DNA of 64,000 nt from an uncultured virus (IMG/VR IMGVR_UViG_3300042940_001453) (IMGVR_UViG_3300042940_001453:62001-126000); one strand, 5' to 3'; numbered from the stretch's first letter, positions 48,614 to 58,315 are shown. Made by a program: numbers and translations. The notes: generated from the letters alone by a model not told the origin.

Positions 48614-50290
48614 TTAATCCTCAAATTCAAATTCAACTTGTACTGGACCTTCACGGCGATTTCTACCTTTGAAATCACCCACAACTCCAGTTCCTGTAAC
48701 CGTATTAATTTCTACTGGATCTTTACATTCACCACCACTTCCAGGTGGTTTGACTCCATTACTACCAGGCGCATATCCGCCACCTGTAACAAATACTCTT
48801 CTACTTAGTGTTTTGTGTAGATTATCTCTCAACAGTTTAAGCTTGATTTGTTGTACTGGTATTTGCGTTTGATCTGGATTAGCATCCTTTGTATTTTCAG
48901 GCGTTGCATCTCCTGATCTAGGATGTGTATGTGGATGTGGGTGTACGTGGTGATGCCAGTGTACGTGGTCTAATAACCAATTACACAAATCGTACATCCA
49001 ATCTACAGTTGTTTGACCTAGTAATACTGGTTCATTTGTTTCGCCATATTGACCCAAAAATATTTGTGGTGCATTTATACAAGCGGTATTATTTGTAGTT
49101 ATAACTACATTATCATTAGCATCTACTGTGTATTCACTGTCAGTGGTCACAGCATAACGTTTTTTACTAAAGTGTAGTGTTTCTGCAAATCTACTACTCA
49201 ATACCAATCTATCGGTATTTATTACGATTTGATCGCCATTTAAAGTTGGTAATACAAATGGAGTGGAATTTTTCGGATTGAATCTTACTTGTTCTTCAGT
49301 TGGTTCTCCGTTTGACGTTTTGCCAAATATACTTTTATAAACTGTAGTTTTCCAATCGCTTTCTGTTTTTCCACTTGTTATTTGTATTGTACTGCCATCA
49401 TTGTTAATATCTTCATCTATTTGTCCACCAAAATTTTTCTCAGATGGAGTTATTTTTGGAATAGGTGGTAACTTGGGATGTAATTGTTGTGGTTCGTCTA
49501 AAGAGATATTTCTCTGTCTATTTCTAATAGTAATCTTTGGATTTCCATATCCACCACCACTAGATTCTTTTAATAAATTGCTGTTTAATGTATAGGATGG
49601 ATATGATCCTTTATCATTAAGTCTATTATTATCATAAGCACTAAAACGAATTGATTGACCAAATCTACTTTCTATTGCTGTATCTCCTTCGTTTTTTCTA
49701 ATCAGTCTTATAAATGGATTGGAAATGAAATATTCCCCAACATACCCAATGTTATTGTATTTTGAATAAATTGGAGCTGATGTATAAGTAGCTCTATTTC
49801 CGTCAAAGTAAAAAGGCACAGCAGGCTTTCCATTTTCACTATATACTGTTTCTACAGTGTAATCTATATTGGTTGGAAAGTTGAATTTATTTAAAGGTTT
49901 GCTGTAATAGTAGTTATTGCCTACTTTTTGAACCAATACAAGTTCATTGACCAATGGATATTGCGTAATAGTTTGATCCAAAGGTATAGCCCAAGGCAAT
50001 TTTTCCACCGATGACTTTTTTTCTTGTGATAAGATTCTTACTTTGGCCCGTCCTATGTACGAAAAATCCACATCGTTTTCTTTGGCTGGTTCATTCTTAT
50101 AGTTAAGAGGAACTGTTTGTGGATTTATTTTTTGTTTATATTCGTCCTGCAATTTTACGTGATTTTCATTGAAAATCACATCAACTACAACGGCGAGTTG
50201 TATAGGTGAACGAATATCAACCAAATCTTTTATTTGTTGATCGTTTAACTGTGGAGATTTATTTGATTTGGATACATCCGTAACTACCAT
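48614..50290 (-). CDS. Baseplate hub/central spike protein (gp5/VgrG/gpV-like)
   Basis: OB-fold-like N-terminus (GRAKVR...LPWAIPL...YPLVNELV), EGDTAIESRFGQSIRF, GDQIVINTDRLVL, EPVLLG and a C-terminal His cluster. Confidence 0.7.
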   Translation of the reverse strand: MVVTDVSKSNKSPQLNDQQIKDLVDIRSPIQLAVVVDVIFNENHVKLQDEYKQKINPQTVPLNYKNEPAKENDVDFSYIGRAKVRILSQEKKSSVEKLPWAIPLDQTITQYPLVNELVLVQKVGNNYYYSKPLNKFNFPTNIDYTVETVYSENGKPAVPFYFDGNRATYTSAPIYSKYNNIGYVGEYFISNPFIRLIRKNEGDTAIESRFGQSIRFSAYDNNRLNDKGSYPSYTLNSNLLKESSGGGYGNPKITIRNRQRNISLDEPQQLHPKLPPIPKITPSEKNFGGQIDEDINNDGSTIQITSGKTESDWKTTVYKSIFGKTSNGEPTEEQVRFNPKNSTPFVLPTLNGDQIVINTDRLVLSSRFAETLHFSKKRYAVTTDSEYTVDANDNVVITTNNTACINAPQIFLGQYGETNEPVLLGQTTVDWMYDLCNWLLDHVHWHHHVHPHPHTHPRSGDATPENTKDANPDQTQIPVQQIKLKLLRDNLHKTLSRRVFVTGGGYAPGSNGVKPPGSGGECKDPVEINTVTGTGVVGDFKGRNRREGPVQVEFEFED

Positions 50291-50291
50291 A

Positions 50292-50633
50292 TTATTCGCC
50301 TTTACTAATTGTTATAACTTCATCCATTAACTGTTTACGTTCGTCTTCACTTAATACCATTGAATTGCCTTCGCCAGTAGCTTCACCTTTTGCTACCAAT
50401 CTTTGTATAACTGCGGCTAATTTGACCAATTGTTCATCGTTTTTAACGCCTACATCATAATAGTCTTTTATCATAGGCACTACGATAGTAGCGTCGTTAA
50501 CAGTTTTAATTAAACTTCTTAACTCAGATATTAAAATATCAATTTGATCTTTCTTGCTCTCTGAATTTTTCACTATGTCTTTACAAAGACCAGAAAAATT
50601 CTTTCCTTTATAAATTTCAAAATTTAAGTCCAT
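50292..50633 (-). CDS. Hypothetical helical protein
   Basis: 113 aa (VPMIKDYYDVGVKNDEQLVKLAAVIQR); TATTTATA 5 nt upstream. Confidence 0.75.
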   Translation of the reverse strand: MDLNFEIYKGKNFSGLCKDIVKNSESKKDQIDILISELRSLIKTVNDATIVVPMIKDYYDVGVKNDEQLVKLAAVIQRLVAKGEATGEGNSMVLSEDERKQLMDEVITISKGE

Positions 50634-50647
50634 ATATCTATAAATAG

Positions 50648-50672
50648 AAAAACCACTCTATTTGAGTGGTTT
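50648..50672 (-). terminator. Rho-independent terminator after sigma factor gene
   Basis: Minus strand AAACCACTC-AAATA-GAGTGGTTTTT. Confidence 0.75.
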
Positions 50673-50684
50673 ATTTGTTTTGTA

Positions 50685-51689
50685 TTATATTTTTCCGTTA
50701 TCAATGTAATTTTTTATAACTATATTTTGATATGATTTCATTTTATTGATAATTTTAGTAATTTGTTGTGTTTTACAATTACTTAGTTCTCTGATGTAAA
50801 GATATAGTGTTTTTTTATTGAAATTTTCAATTCTTTCGCTGTTTCTAAATAATTCTATAACCGCATATGCTATATTGAGATCTTTTTGTTTGGTGAATAT
50901 TTTTGTTATATTTCTTTCCCAATAGTTAATTAACAATTTCATAAACTCTTGTGTCTGAATAGTCTTATGATGTGCATCTTCTGTTTGCAAACAAACACTA
51001 TCTTCACCTGGAGTTTCACTAATATCTACGTGTTGATTAAATCTTTTATAATTGTTATTGTTATGGAATATCAAGTAATTTTTAGCTACAATACTAAAAT
51101 AACTAAATGCCTTACCTTTACCAGCTTCAAATTTGTGAATATTTGAAACCAAGTGTGCTACGGTTTCTTTTTGAATCTCTAATGGACTGTTGTCAAAATA
51201 AGTAAATTTAAATGTATTAAAAATATTTTCTACCAATTTATCAAAGCTGTATTTTATACGAGTTTCGTAAATTTCATTTCTTTTTACGTTGTCGGTTTCG
51301 GAATTGTATTCGATGATAGCTTCTTCGGTTTTTTTAGAAAAGTAAATTTTTTCTTTTTTATTACGACCTCTACGTTTTTTTCTTACTTCTGTAAGTTCTT
51401 CAACTTCTTTATTAATCGCGTCCAATTCATTAATTACTATTACATCTTTGCTTGTTATGGTGCGGGGTACATTGATCTCAGATAAATTTTTAGATTCATA
51501 TGTAATGTCTAATTTTAATTTATTTACCTTTTTGGGTTTTTTAACTATCTTTTTTACAGATGTTATTTTTGTTGGCTTCTTTATTTTTTTATTAACACTT
51601 TTTACCATAGCAGATACTTTACGTTTTTTAGGATTTACTACTTTAGTCACTTTCTTGGTAATGACTTTACTTTTTTTTATTTTTTTCAT
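50685..51689 (-). CDS. Phage sigma factor for late transcription (gp55-like) with Lys-rich N-terminal extension
   Basis: Region 2-like HKFEAGKGKAFSYFSIVAKNYLI, preceded by YFSKKTEEAIIEY...KLVENI; first about 60 aa extremely Lys-rich. Confidence 0.7.
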   Translation of the reverse strand: MKKIKKSKVITKKVTKVVNPKKRKVSAMVKSVNKKIKKPTKITSVKKIVKKPKKVNKLKLDITYESKNLSEINVPRTITSKDVIVINELDAINKEVEELTEVRKKRRGRNKKEKIYFSKKTEEAIIEYNSETDNVKRNEIYETRIKYSFDKLVENIFNTFKFTYFDNSPLEIQKETVAHLVSNIHKFEAGKGKAFSYFSIVAKNYLIFHNNNNYKRFNQHVDISETPGEDSVCLQTEDAHHKTIQTQEFMKLLINYWERNITKIFTKQKDLNIAYAVIELFRNSERIENFNKKTLYLYIRELSNCKTQQITKIINKMKSYQNIVIKNYIDNGKI

Positions 51690-51702
51690 TCAAGTAATAA
51701 TG

Positions 51703-51984
51703 TCAAACGTTGTCGGTTTCTTCTTCTTTTACTTTTTTATTCAAAGATTCAATGATTTGTTTCAAATCCGTGAAAAGAAAACCAACATCGTCATCTTTTT
51801 CAAATATACCACGGTTATCAACATCTTTCAATTTATTAAAAGTACTTTCTACAGAATTTTTAAAGTTTATAATCCAGTCTTCAAGTATATCTATTTGATT
51901 AAATGATTTTTTTAATGTGATTAATAAAAACACATTAGCTGATACGGATACCAATAACAGTATTAATAATAAAATTTCAATCAT
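51703..51984 (-). CDS. Small membrane-anchored protein
   Basis: N-terminal TM helix (ILLLILLLVSVSANVFLLI) followed by a helical segment with FEKDDDVGFLF. Confidence 0.7.
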   Translation of the reverse strand: MIEILLLILLLVSVSANVFLLITLKKSFNQIDILEDWIINFKNSVESTFNKLKDVDNRGIFEKDDDVGFLFTDLKQIIESLNKKVKEEETDNV

Positions 51985-52120
51985 TGTCTATAGGAGATTC
52001 ATCATCTACTTCAACGAATTCAGATATGTAATCTAAAGCGTCATTTAAGGTTTTCCAACACGATTCATCGTATGATCTTTTGATCAATTTGTACAATTCT
52101 TTAAGCTCAGTTTCATCCAT
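51977..52120 (-). CDS. Small acidic hypothetical protein (47 aa, absent from ORF track)
   Basis: Hand translation MDETELKELYKLIKRSYDESCWKTLNDALDYISEFVEVDDESPIDND; TAGTTATA 3 nt upstream; overlaps the next gene's start. Confidence 0.6.
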   Translation of the reverse strand: MDETELKELYKLIKRSYDESCWKTLNDALDYISEFVEVDDESPIDND

Positions 52121-52184
52121 ACTTATAACTACATATATATGGATGATCTACAAAACGAATAAAAAATTATTTTAATTGTAATTG

Positions 52185-53240
52185 TTAAAAACTAAACATA
52201 CCTCTCGTACCAGTTTTGCCTTTTCGTTCAACAACCTTCTCTACTATCTTTTCAACCTCTATTGGCTTCTCTATTATTTTTTCCACTATCTTTTCCACTT
52301 CCACTGGTTTTTCCACAATTTTTTCCACTATCTTTTCAACCTCTACTGGCTTCTCTACTATCTTTTCAACAACAGATGGAGTAGCGGATATGTTTTTATC
52401 ATTAGAGTCAGCCGTATTTTTTTCTTGTTTCTTATATAGTTCGTAATTTTTGTCTTCCTCTACGTAGGTTTTATTGCTACTTATATTGTATGCCAATAAC
52501 AATATAACTGCAAGTGGATCAAATACTGTAATAAGCACTACTATGAACCATTTAACTACTGTTTGAATTGTAGTGTTGAATTGATCCGCAACAAATTTAA
52601 ATGTGGTAATATCCTTCTTTTGACTATTATCCACTTTTAATTTGTAAATGTTATCATCTATAGAACTTACTTTGGTACTATAAGTTTTAATCTTTTCATT
52701 TTCCCCCTCCAATTGTTTGTTTAAATCCCCAATCTGATCATTAATCTGATTTTGAATATTTTGTAATTGTATTGGATTTCTCGCAATTAATACATTTGTA
52801 AGTACTTCGTTCAATCTGACCTCTTGACTACTTCTCAAACTATAAAGTTTTTCAATTGTCTTTTTAGTAGACTCCATCTTACTAAGTTCTTCTTTTTTCT
52901 GAGACTCAAGTGTGACAATCTTATTCATAGATAACTCGGTCTCCAATGAAGATTTTTGAAACGCAGCTGTTAAAAATCCAAATACACCTAGAGATGTAAT
53001 TGCCATTAAAGCAAATACAGCAATTATCATATAGGTTCTCATTAATATATTGGCTTTATTCCAATATCTGAATAACCACGATGTTGTCACAAGTTTACCT
53101 AGTTCCAATGAACCAGCCATAATCATTGCAGCAATAGTTGCTCCTGAAAATAACAATCCAATACCATATACACTAAAATAGGCAGCACACCCGGCGATTA
53201 AAAGTGACGTTGCCATTACCAAATGATGAAATTTTATCAT
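52185..53240 (-). CDS. Multi-pass membrane protein with long coiled coil and EKIVEKPVEV repeats
   Basis: Three N-terminal TM segments (SVYGIGLLFSGA, LELGKLV, ITSLGVFGFL), coiled coil, fourth TM (IVVLITVFDPLAVILLLA). Confidence 0.8.
   Translation of the reverse strand: MIKFHHLVMATSLLIAGCAAYFSVYGIGLLFSGATIAAMIMAGSLELGKLVTTSWLFRYWNKANILMRTYMIIAVFALMAITSLGVFGFLTAAFQKSSLETELSMNKIVTLESQKKEELSKMESTKKTIEKLYSLRSSQEVRLNEVLTNVLIARNPIQLQNIQNQINDQIGDLNKQLEGENEKIKTYSTKVSSIDDNIYKLKVDNSQKKDITTFKFVADQFNTTIQTVVKWFIVVLITVFDPLAVILLLAYNISSNKTYVEEDKNYELYKKQEKNTADSNDKNISATPSVVEKIVEKPVEVEKIVEKIVEKPVEVEKIVEKIIEKPIEVEKIVEKVVERKGKTGTRGMFSF
52228..52372 (-). repeat. Tandem coding repeat (VEKIVEKPVE-type)
   Basis: Protein VVEKIVEKPVEVEKIVEKIVEKPVEVEKIVEKIIEKPIEVEKIVEKVVE; degenerate DNA repeats such as ctactatcttttcaacctcta. 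Confidence 0.8.
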
Positions 53241-53260
53241 ATCTATAAATATATAAAAAT

Positions 53261-53290
53261 AAAAAACCCCGTTAATTTAATAACGGGGTT
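53261..53290 (-). terminator. Rho-independent terminator after hsp20
   Basis: Minus strand AACCCCGTTA-TTAAAT-TAACGGGGTT followed by TTTT. Confidence 0.88.
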
Positions 53291-53310
53291 AATATAACCT
53301 TGATTGAATA

Positions 53311-53793
53311 TTAATCAATCTTTACTTTTTTCGTGACAGGAATCGTTGGTTTCACCTTTAATAATGTAACCTTTAACAATCCATTTTCAAACTTTGCGGT
53401 GGGATTCGCTCGATCAATTTGATCTCCTAAAGTAAAACTACGTTTGAAACTACTGTGCTTTAGTTCTCTACGAATGTATTTTCCTGTAGACTCCTTATCA
53501 TCCACGTTTTTGATCTTTTGACCACTGATAGTAAGTACGTTTTCTTGTACATCTACAGATACTTCGTCTTTAGACAAACCTGGAATTTCAGCTAAAATTT
53601 CCACACGGTCATTATAATCAATAACATCTACGCGGGGATAACTTTGTTTTTCAAAAAAACCAACACCTAATTCTTTGTTTAATTCTGGGAAGTGAGCCGC
53701 AAATACTTCATCAAATACGCGGTCAAATGGTGTTAAAAATTCATCACGATCAATGTGTCGCAATGCAAACGGACTATATTTTACTACTGACAT
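53311..53793 (-). CDS. hsp20: Small heat-shock protein (Hsp20/alpha-crystallin)
   Basis: YPRVDVI, AEIPGLSKDEV, VLTISG, RELKHSSFKRSFTL, AKFENGLLKVTL; AGAAAGGT RBS. Confidence 0.95.
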   Translation of the reverse strand: MSVVKYSPFALRHIDRDEFLTPFDRVFDEVFAAHFPELNKELGVGFFEKQSYPRVDVIDYNDRVEILAEIPGLSKDEVSVDVQENVLTISGQKIKNVDDKESTGKYIRRELKHSSFKRSFTLGDQIDRANPTAKFENGLLKVTLLKVKPTIPVTKKVKID

Positions 53794-53889
53794 ATATTTA
53801 CCTTTCTTTTTAATAATTCTATCGAACTTATTAACCTAATAGCCTCATTCGAGCACTATAGTGAATAACACATCCGTGTCATTCAACAA

Positions 53890-53919
53890 TATATATAACC
53901 AAATTTTGAAAAATGTCAA
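53890..53919 (-). promoter_or_regulatory. Sigma70-type promoter for hsp20
   Basis: Perfect TTGACA (53919-53914) with TATATA 16-18 nt downstream; -10 imperfect. Confidence 0.5.
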
Positions 53920-53925
53920 TATTTT

Positions 53926-56808
53926 TTATCCTACAGACGAAACTCCACCTGTTTGACACAAATTAATATAGTTTTCGATAGACACAATATTATTGTTTCT
54001 TCTCAAGAACAATATGTAAAAGCTTGCACTACCCAATATTGAATTTGTTGTTACAACTGTATAAGTACCTGAAAATTGTCCCGATGCACCAGTGGTACAC
54101 GCATAGTCTTGACCTCCGGCTGGATCTAATGTCCACGAAATATTAATAGTATATCCGTCTTGAGTTATAGTAGAAGGTAATGTACAGCCTGAATTTGGCA
54201 AAGCATTAACAACCGCTTTAGCAAAAGTTTTATCTGCAGATGTACCTGTTTTGTAGGCAATTGTTACTACTGTTCTGGTTTTTATCTGTGTCCAACTCTC
54301 CAACATACTTGGATTATAACTAATACACCCAAGATTACTTGTTACAGGTGTAACCACTGGAGGTATCACTGGAGTAACAACTTCTTTTTTACATTTATTT
54401 TTATCGGATAAAAATCTAATTGTTATATTTTTAGATGTCTCGCTGTATCCTGATGGTAGAGTGGCCACAGCTTCATTTTTTATATCAATGCTTGTTGGTT
54501 GATTTGAATTTGAATAATTTGCAATCCCGACTCCTATACTTATTTTTTTATATTTATATGGTTCAATAGAAATGGGAGATTGTGGATCAATTGTAACAGG
54601 CGATAACAACGAATTTAATACGCTGCCATCGTTATTGGTCCAATTTTGATTCAAAGTAATTGTCATTGAATCGGGGTTGTTATTTAGAATAACAAAACTT
54701 CCTGTATGTTTTATTTGTGTTAAAAGTGTAGGATCGCATATTTGCGGAGATGTAGATGTACCACAATTACAATTTATAGAATTTGCCCCACCCGATATAC
54801 CAATATCTTGTGGCCAATTTGGAGTTTTTAGCGTGGTGACAACGCAACTGTTTTTATCAGATGAAAAATAAAACGTATTTTGAGAAATTGGATTTATATA
54901 ATAATTTGAATCTGTAGTTGCGGTAAATGGACAATTTAAATACACACTAACTGGTTGACTTGGATTATTATAATTGTTTTTTCCAAATGACACTGATATT
55001 TTTTTACTTTCGTTTGGTTGTAGTATGATAGGTGAATCAGGATTCATCTCGACCGGAGTAAGTAAAGAATCGATAACGGTACCATTTTGATTTTTCCAAT
55101 TATTTTTATCAAACGTAATTGTAATTGGTGTAACAGACGAATTGTTCGTTATTATAAAACTACCACTATGTCTCACTTGAATTGTAGAAGATGGATTTGA
55201 TACAATCTGAGCGGAATTTGGATTTGAATTGCATGATAATTCATCTACTCCCATATCTTGCCAAAAACTTGGAGTGATCCATACTTGTTTCAGAGGCAAA
55301 CTTATATTACATGAATTTTTATCAAAACTAGCTATAATCTCACAATTTTGAGATTGCGGAGAATATCCTAATGGTAAAGTCAAATTTACAGAACCTTTAG
55401 CCGTAAAAGTTTTTGGTTGAAGTGTGTTTTGATAATTAGATAAACCAAAACCAATGCTAATTTTACGTGTACTATTAGCAGAAATAGAAAACATTCCTGA
55501 TGGACTAACATCAACAGTGTTAATTAATGCATTTAATGGTGTTCCATCTAAATTAGTCCAAGTGGGACTAATAGTTGCCAACATTTCCGCATTGTTGTTA
55601 TTCGTGATTATGAAGCTACCACTGTGTTTTATTTGAGTAGTAGAAGTTGGATTACATACTGGTTGAGTATAACCATCACCACAATCTAAATAACCACATC
55701 TCGGACCTGTAAATGATATATTTGTTGGAAAATTTCCAACAGTTGCTGGTGGAGACGTACAAGAGGATGCATTTGAATCTTGTGTACCCAAAATATAAAG
55801 TGTTATTTGACCAAATGTAGATGTGTTTTCAAATGCATATTCATAATTAACATTTGTTCCACCCAAACTAGTTGCTGTAACCAAACCTGTATAAAAATAT
55901 CCAAGTGATCCGTCAGGTGTATTTGATTTTTGCAAAATCAATCCGTCAAATGTCAAAGTTCTATTGTATCCTAAGTTATCTCTGTAAGATATAATAGGCA
56001 AAAGTTGTCCACTCGATTTGTATGTTGTTATATTGGGATTTTGTAACAAACTATTTAAGTTATTTAATATGTTTGATAAATCAGTTATTTTGGTGTTTGT
56101 ATATCCATTTGCAGTTTTATCACCGTTGATTTTTTGAAACAGTAGTGAACTTGCAGTAGGTAAATCTGCAGCGGTTATTGTGTATGTATAAGTTGTATTA
56201 TCCGTTACGGCACTGGCACAAGTGCCTATAAACATACTGGACGTAAATGCATTCGATAAACAATCTTTTGATACCAATTTATAAGCTTTCGTATCTACCA
56301 AATTATAAAACAATTCGATGTTATCTCCTGATTTAGCATAAGAAAAAACTTTATTCCATCCAGAATCAACAATTGGAGTAGTAACATCAGATTTAGAATA
56401 CAATGTATATTGATAAACTTTATCTTGTATGTTGTTGGTTAAAAAGTTGTTGTTTTGTATAACGCTTGGTGAATAAATTTTAACAGTTGCTACTCCTGTA
56501 GACGCAGCTACTTTAAAAGAACTGCTTATATAAGATGCGCCATAAAACTCACTAAATTTTATTGGTCTTCTATTGTCTTTGTTTATAAACCCAACTCCCA
56601 AAGCTTTTGTGATATTAATCGTACTTGAATCAGTATTGGAATTACCGATTCTATTTTCCATCTGGTAATAACTCTGTGATATAGAAAAATTACTTGATCC
56701 TGGATTATAAAAGTTACTTAATAAACTATTGATAGATAAATTTTCACTATTGTTGGTTTCACTTTTAAAACTAATCGGTCCAAATCTATTTAATATATTG
56801 ACAGGCAT
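53926..56808 (-). CDS. Large putative virion surface protein with three internal repeats (Ig-like?)
   Basis: Three ~150-aa repeats, each with QI/V(K/R)H(S/T)GSFxIxNN...W.N.DG...L.PV...KIS...DKN.C; Ser/Thr/Asn-rich; in fibre cluster. Confidence 0.7.
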   Translation of the reverse strand: MPVNILNRFGPISFKSETNNSENLSINSLLSNFYNPGSSNFSISQSYYQMENRIGNSNTDSSTINITKALGVGFINKDNRRPIKFSEFYGASYISSSFKVAASTGVATVKIYSPSVIQNNNFLTNNIQDKVYQYTLYSKSDVTTPIVDSGWNKVFSYAKSGDNIELFYNLVDTKAYKLVSKDCLSNAFTSSMFIGTCASAVTDNTTYTYTITAADLPTASSLLFQKINGDKTANGYTNTKITDLSNILNNLNSLLQNPNITTYKSSGQLLPIISYRDNLGYNRTLTFDGLILQKSNTPDGSLGYFYTGLVTATSLGGTNVNYEYAFENTSTFGQITLYILGTQDSNASSCTSPPATVGNFPTNISFTGPRCGYLDCGDGYTQPVCNPTSTTQIKHSGSFIITNNNNAEMLATISPTWTNLDGTPLNALINTVDVSPSGMFSISANSTRKISIGFGLSNYQNTLQPKTFTAKGSVNLTLPLGYSPQSQNCEIIASFDKNSCNISLPLKQVWITPSFWQDMGVDELSCNSNPNSAQIVSNPSSTIQVRHSGSFIITNNSSVTPITITFDKNNWKNQNGTVIDSLLTPVEMNPDSPIILQPNESKKISVSFGKNNYNNPSQPVSVYLNCPFTATTDSNYYINPISQNTFYFSSDKNSCVVTTLKTPNWPQDIGISGGANSINCNCGTSTSPQICDPTLLTQIKHTGSFVILNNNPDSMTITLNQNWTNNDGSVLNSLLSPVTIDPQSPISIEPYKYKKISIGVGIANYSNSNQPTSIDIKNEAVATLPSGYSETSKNITIRFLSDKNKCKKEVVTPVIPPVVTPVTSNLGCISYNPSMLESWTQIKTRTVVTIAYKTGTSADKTFAKAVVNALPNSGCTLPSTITQDGYTINISWTLDPAGGQDYACTTGASGQFSGTYTVVTTNSILGSASFYILFLRRNNNIVSIENYINLCQTGGVSSVG

Positions 56809-56822
56809 ATATCCTATATATA

Positions 56823-58313
56823 TTAAGATTTAATCTTATTTTTTAGTTCTTGAACTTCTTTGTTAAGTTCTTGAATAGATTTTAATAATAGTGCTATCAA
56901 TGGATTATATTTTACAACTTTGTATCCCTCAAGATTTTCCATTACCAAGTCAGGATACAATTGTTCAATTTGTTGAGCAATAACTCCGAAATCTTGTTTG
57001 CCATTAGACTTCCAATTGAATTCAATTGCATTGATTTGTTCCACTTTTTTCAGTGCATTTTCAATTGGTCTAATATTATCTTTAAGTCTGATATCAGATG
57101 TAGCAAATGTAGAAAGTGCAACTATATCACCTCTAACATCCAACTGTCCGCTTCCACTAACACGTAATAATTTGGTTTGTGAACTACCAGATGTAATTAA
57201 AAATACATTTGAATTTGGATTGTATCCAGATGGCCATCCAGTAGACCCACTTAAATGCAAATGTAATTGAGCATTTACGTTGTCGGAACTCACTATATTT
57301 CCAACACTTAATAATCTTTGTCTGATTCCCAAAACTCCCCAACCAGATTTTCCTGATTGCCAAGTTACATCTTTGCCTGGTAAAGCTGATGTATTTACGT
57401 GAGATCCAGAATAATAAAATGCAAAATTAGCAGATGTTCTTAAATAATTGTTTGAGGTTTGTAATCCTATACCATATATGGATTGACCCGATGAAGAATT
57501 TTGAATCAAATGTTCACCTACAGCGGAAAATTGTAATGGGTTGTTTACAGTAACTCTACCTGAACCCATACTTCCCAAATTATTAATACTACTATTTCTC
57601 ACCAGATAATTAGTAGATCCTATAGCAGTGCCTGCTGTCCAGTATGTAAATTGATTTGCAGTACCAGTGCCTGTTATGTTTCCTCCTGAATTCAAAGCAT
57701 AAGAAGCGGTTTTAGCGCAACTAGCCGTACCATAAAATGCAACTTTTCTATTTGCGTTGTAATGATTTGATGCACTAATGTAACCCTTGATGCTAGCAGA
57801 AACACTTCCTGAGAAACGTCCTCTTGAAACACCACTAAAACTACCAGTTAATTTAGAGTTTTTACTAATCAATGAACCATATAAACTTCCACTGAAACTT
57901 CCACTAGCACTTGCTTTCTTAGTCAATATATAACCATAAAAACTACCACTCAATGATCCTGAAGTATTGGATTTTCCCGTTGTTAGTCCGTTAAAACTGC
58001 CTGTAAAACTACCTGTATTGGTACCGTTGAAGTTTCCACTAAAACTACCGGAGTGATCACCTTGAAAACTACCAGTAAAACTTCCTGTAAAAGTACCACT
58101 TAATGTTTTTGCAGATCCAGAAAAACTTCCGGTATAAGATCCTGTTACAGATGATAAAAATGTTACAACGTCCCCAAATGTGCTTTTTCTGGAGTATAAA
58201 TCGTTGGAAGAACCAGATTCAATTGTTAAAATTAAATCTTTAGACGTTAACGTGCTGTATCGTACCAGATCGCTAACTTTTACTTGTTGTATTAAATTAC
58301 AGGTAGTTGACAT
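56823..58313 (-). CDS. Tail fibre/spike protein with C-terminal intramolecular chaperone (peptidase S74-like)
   Basis: SDIRLKDNI...FNWK...GVIAQQIEQLYPDLV...VKYNPLIALLLKSIQEL; N-terminal (T/S)GS(F/L) tetrapeptide repeats. Confidence 0.85.
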   Translation of the reverse strand: MSTTCNLIQQVKVSDLVRYSTLTSKDLILTIESGSSNDLYSRKSTFGDVVTFLSSVTGSYTGSFSGSAKTLSGTFTGSFTGSFQGDHSGSFSGNFNGTNTGSFTGSFNGLTTGKSNTSGSLSGSFYGYILTKKASASGSFSGSLYGSLISKNSKLTGSFSGVSRGRFSGSVSASIKGYISASNHYNANRKVAFYGTASCAKTASYALNSGGNITGTGTANQFTYWTAGTAIGSTNYLVRNSSINNLGSMGSGRVTVNNPLQFSAVGEHLIQNSSSGQSIYGIGLQTSNNYLRTSANFAFYYSGSHVNTSALPGKDVTWQSGKSGWGVLGIRQRLLSVGNIVSSDNVNAQLHLHLSGSTGWPSGYNPNSNVFLITSGSSQTKLLRVSGSGQLDVRGDIVALSTFATSDIRLKDNIRPIENALKKVEQINAIEFNWKSNGKQDFGVIAQQIEQLYPDLVMENLEGYKVVKYNPLIALLLKSIQELNKEVQELKNKIKS

Positions 58314-58315
58314 AA

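Noticed and set aside
53839..53862. CIRCE (HrcA) operator upstream of hsp20
   Set aside because: Only a partial resemblance (GAGCACTA); it does not match TTAGCACTC-N9-GAGTGCTAA in sequence or spacing.
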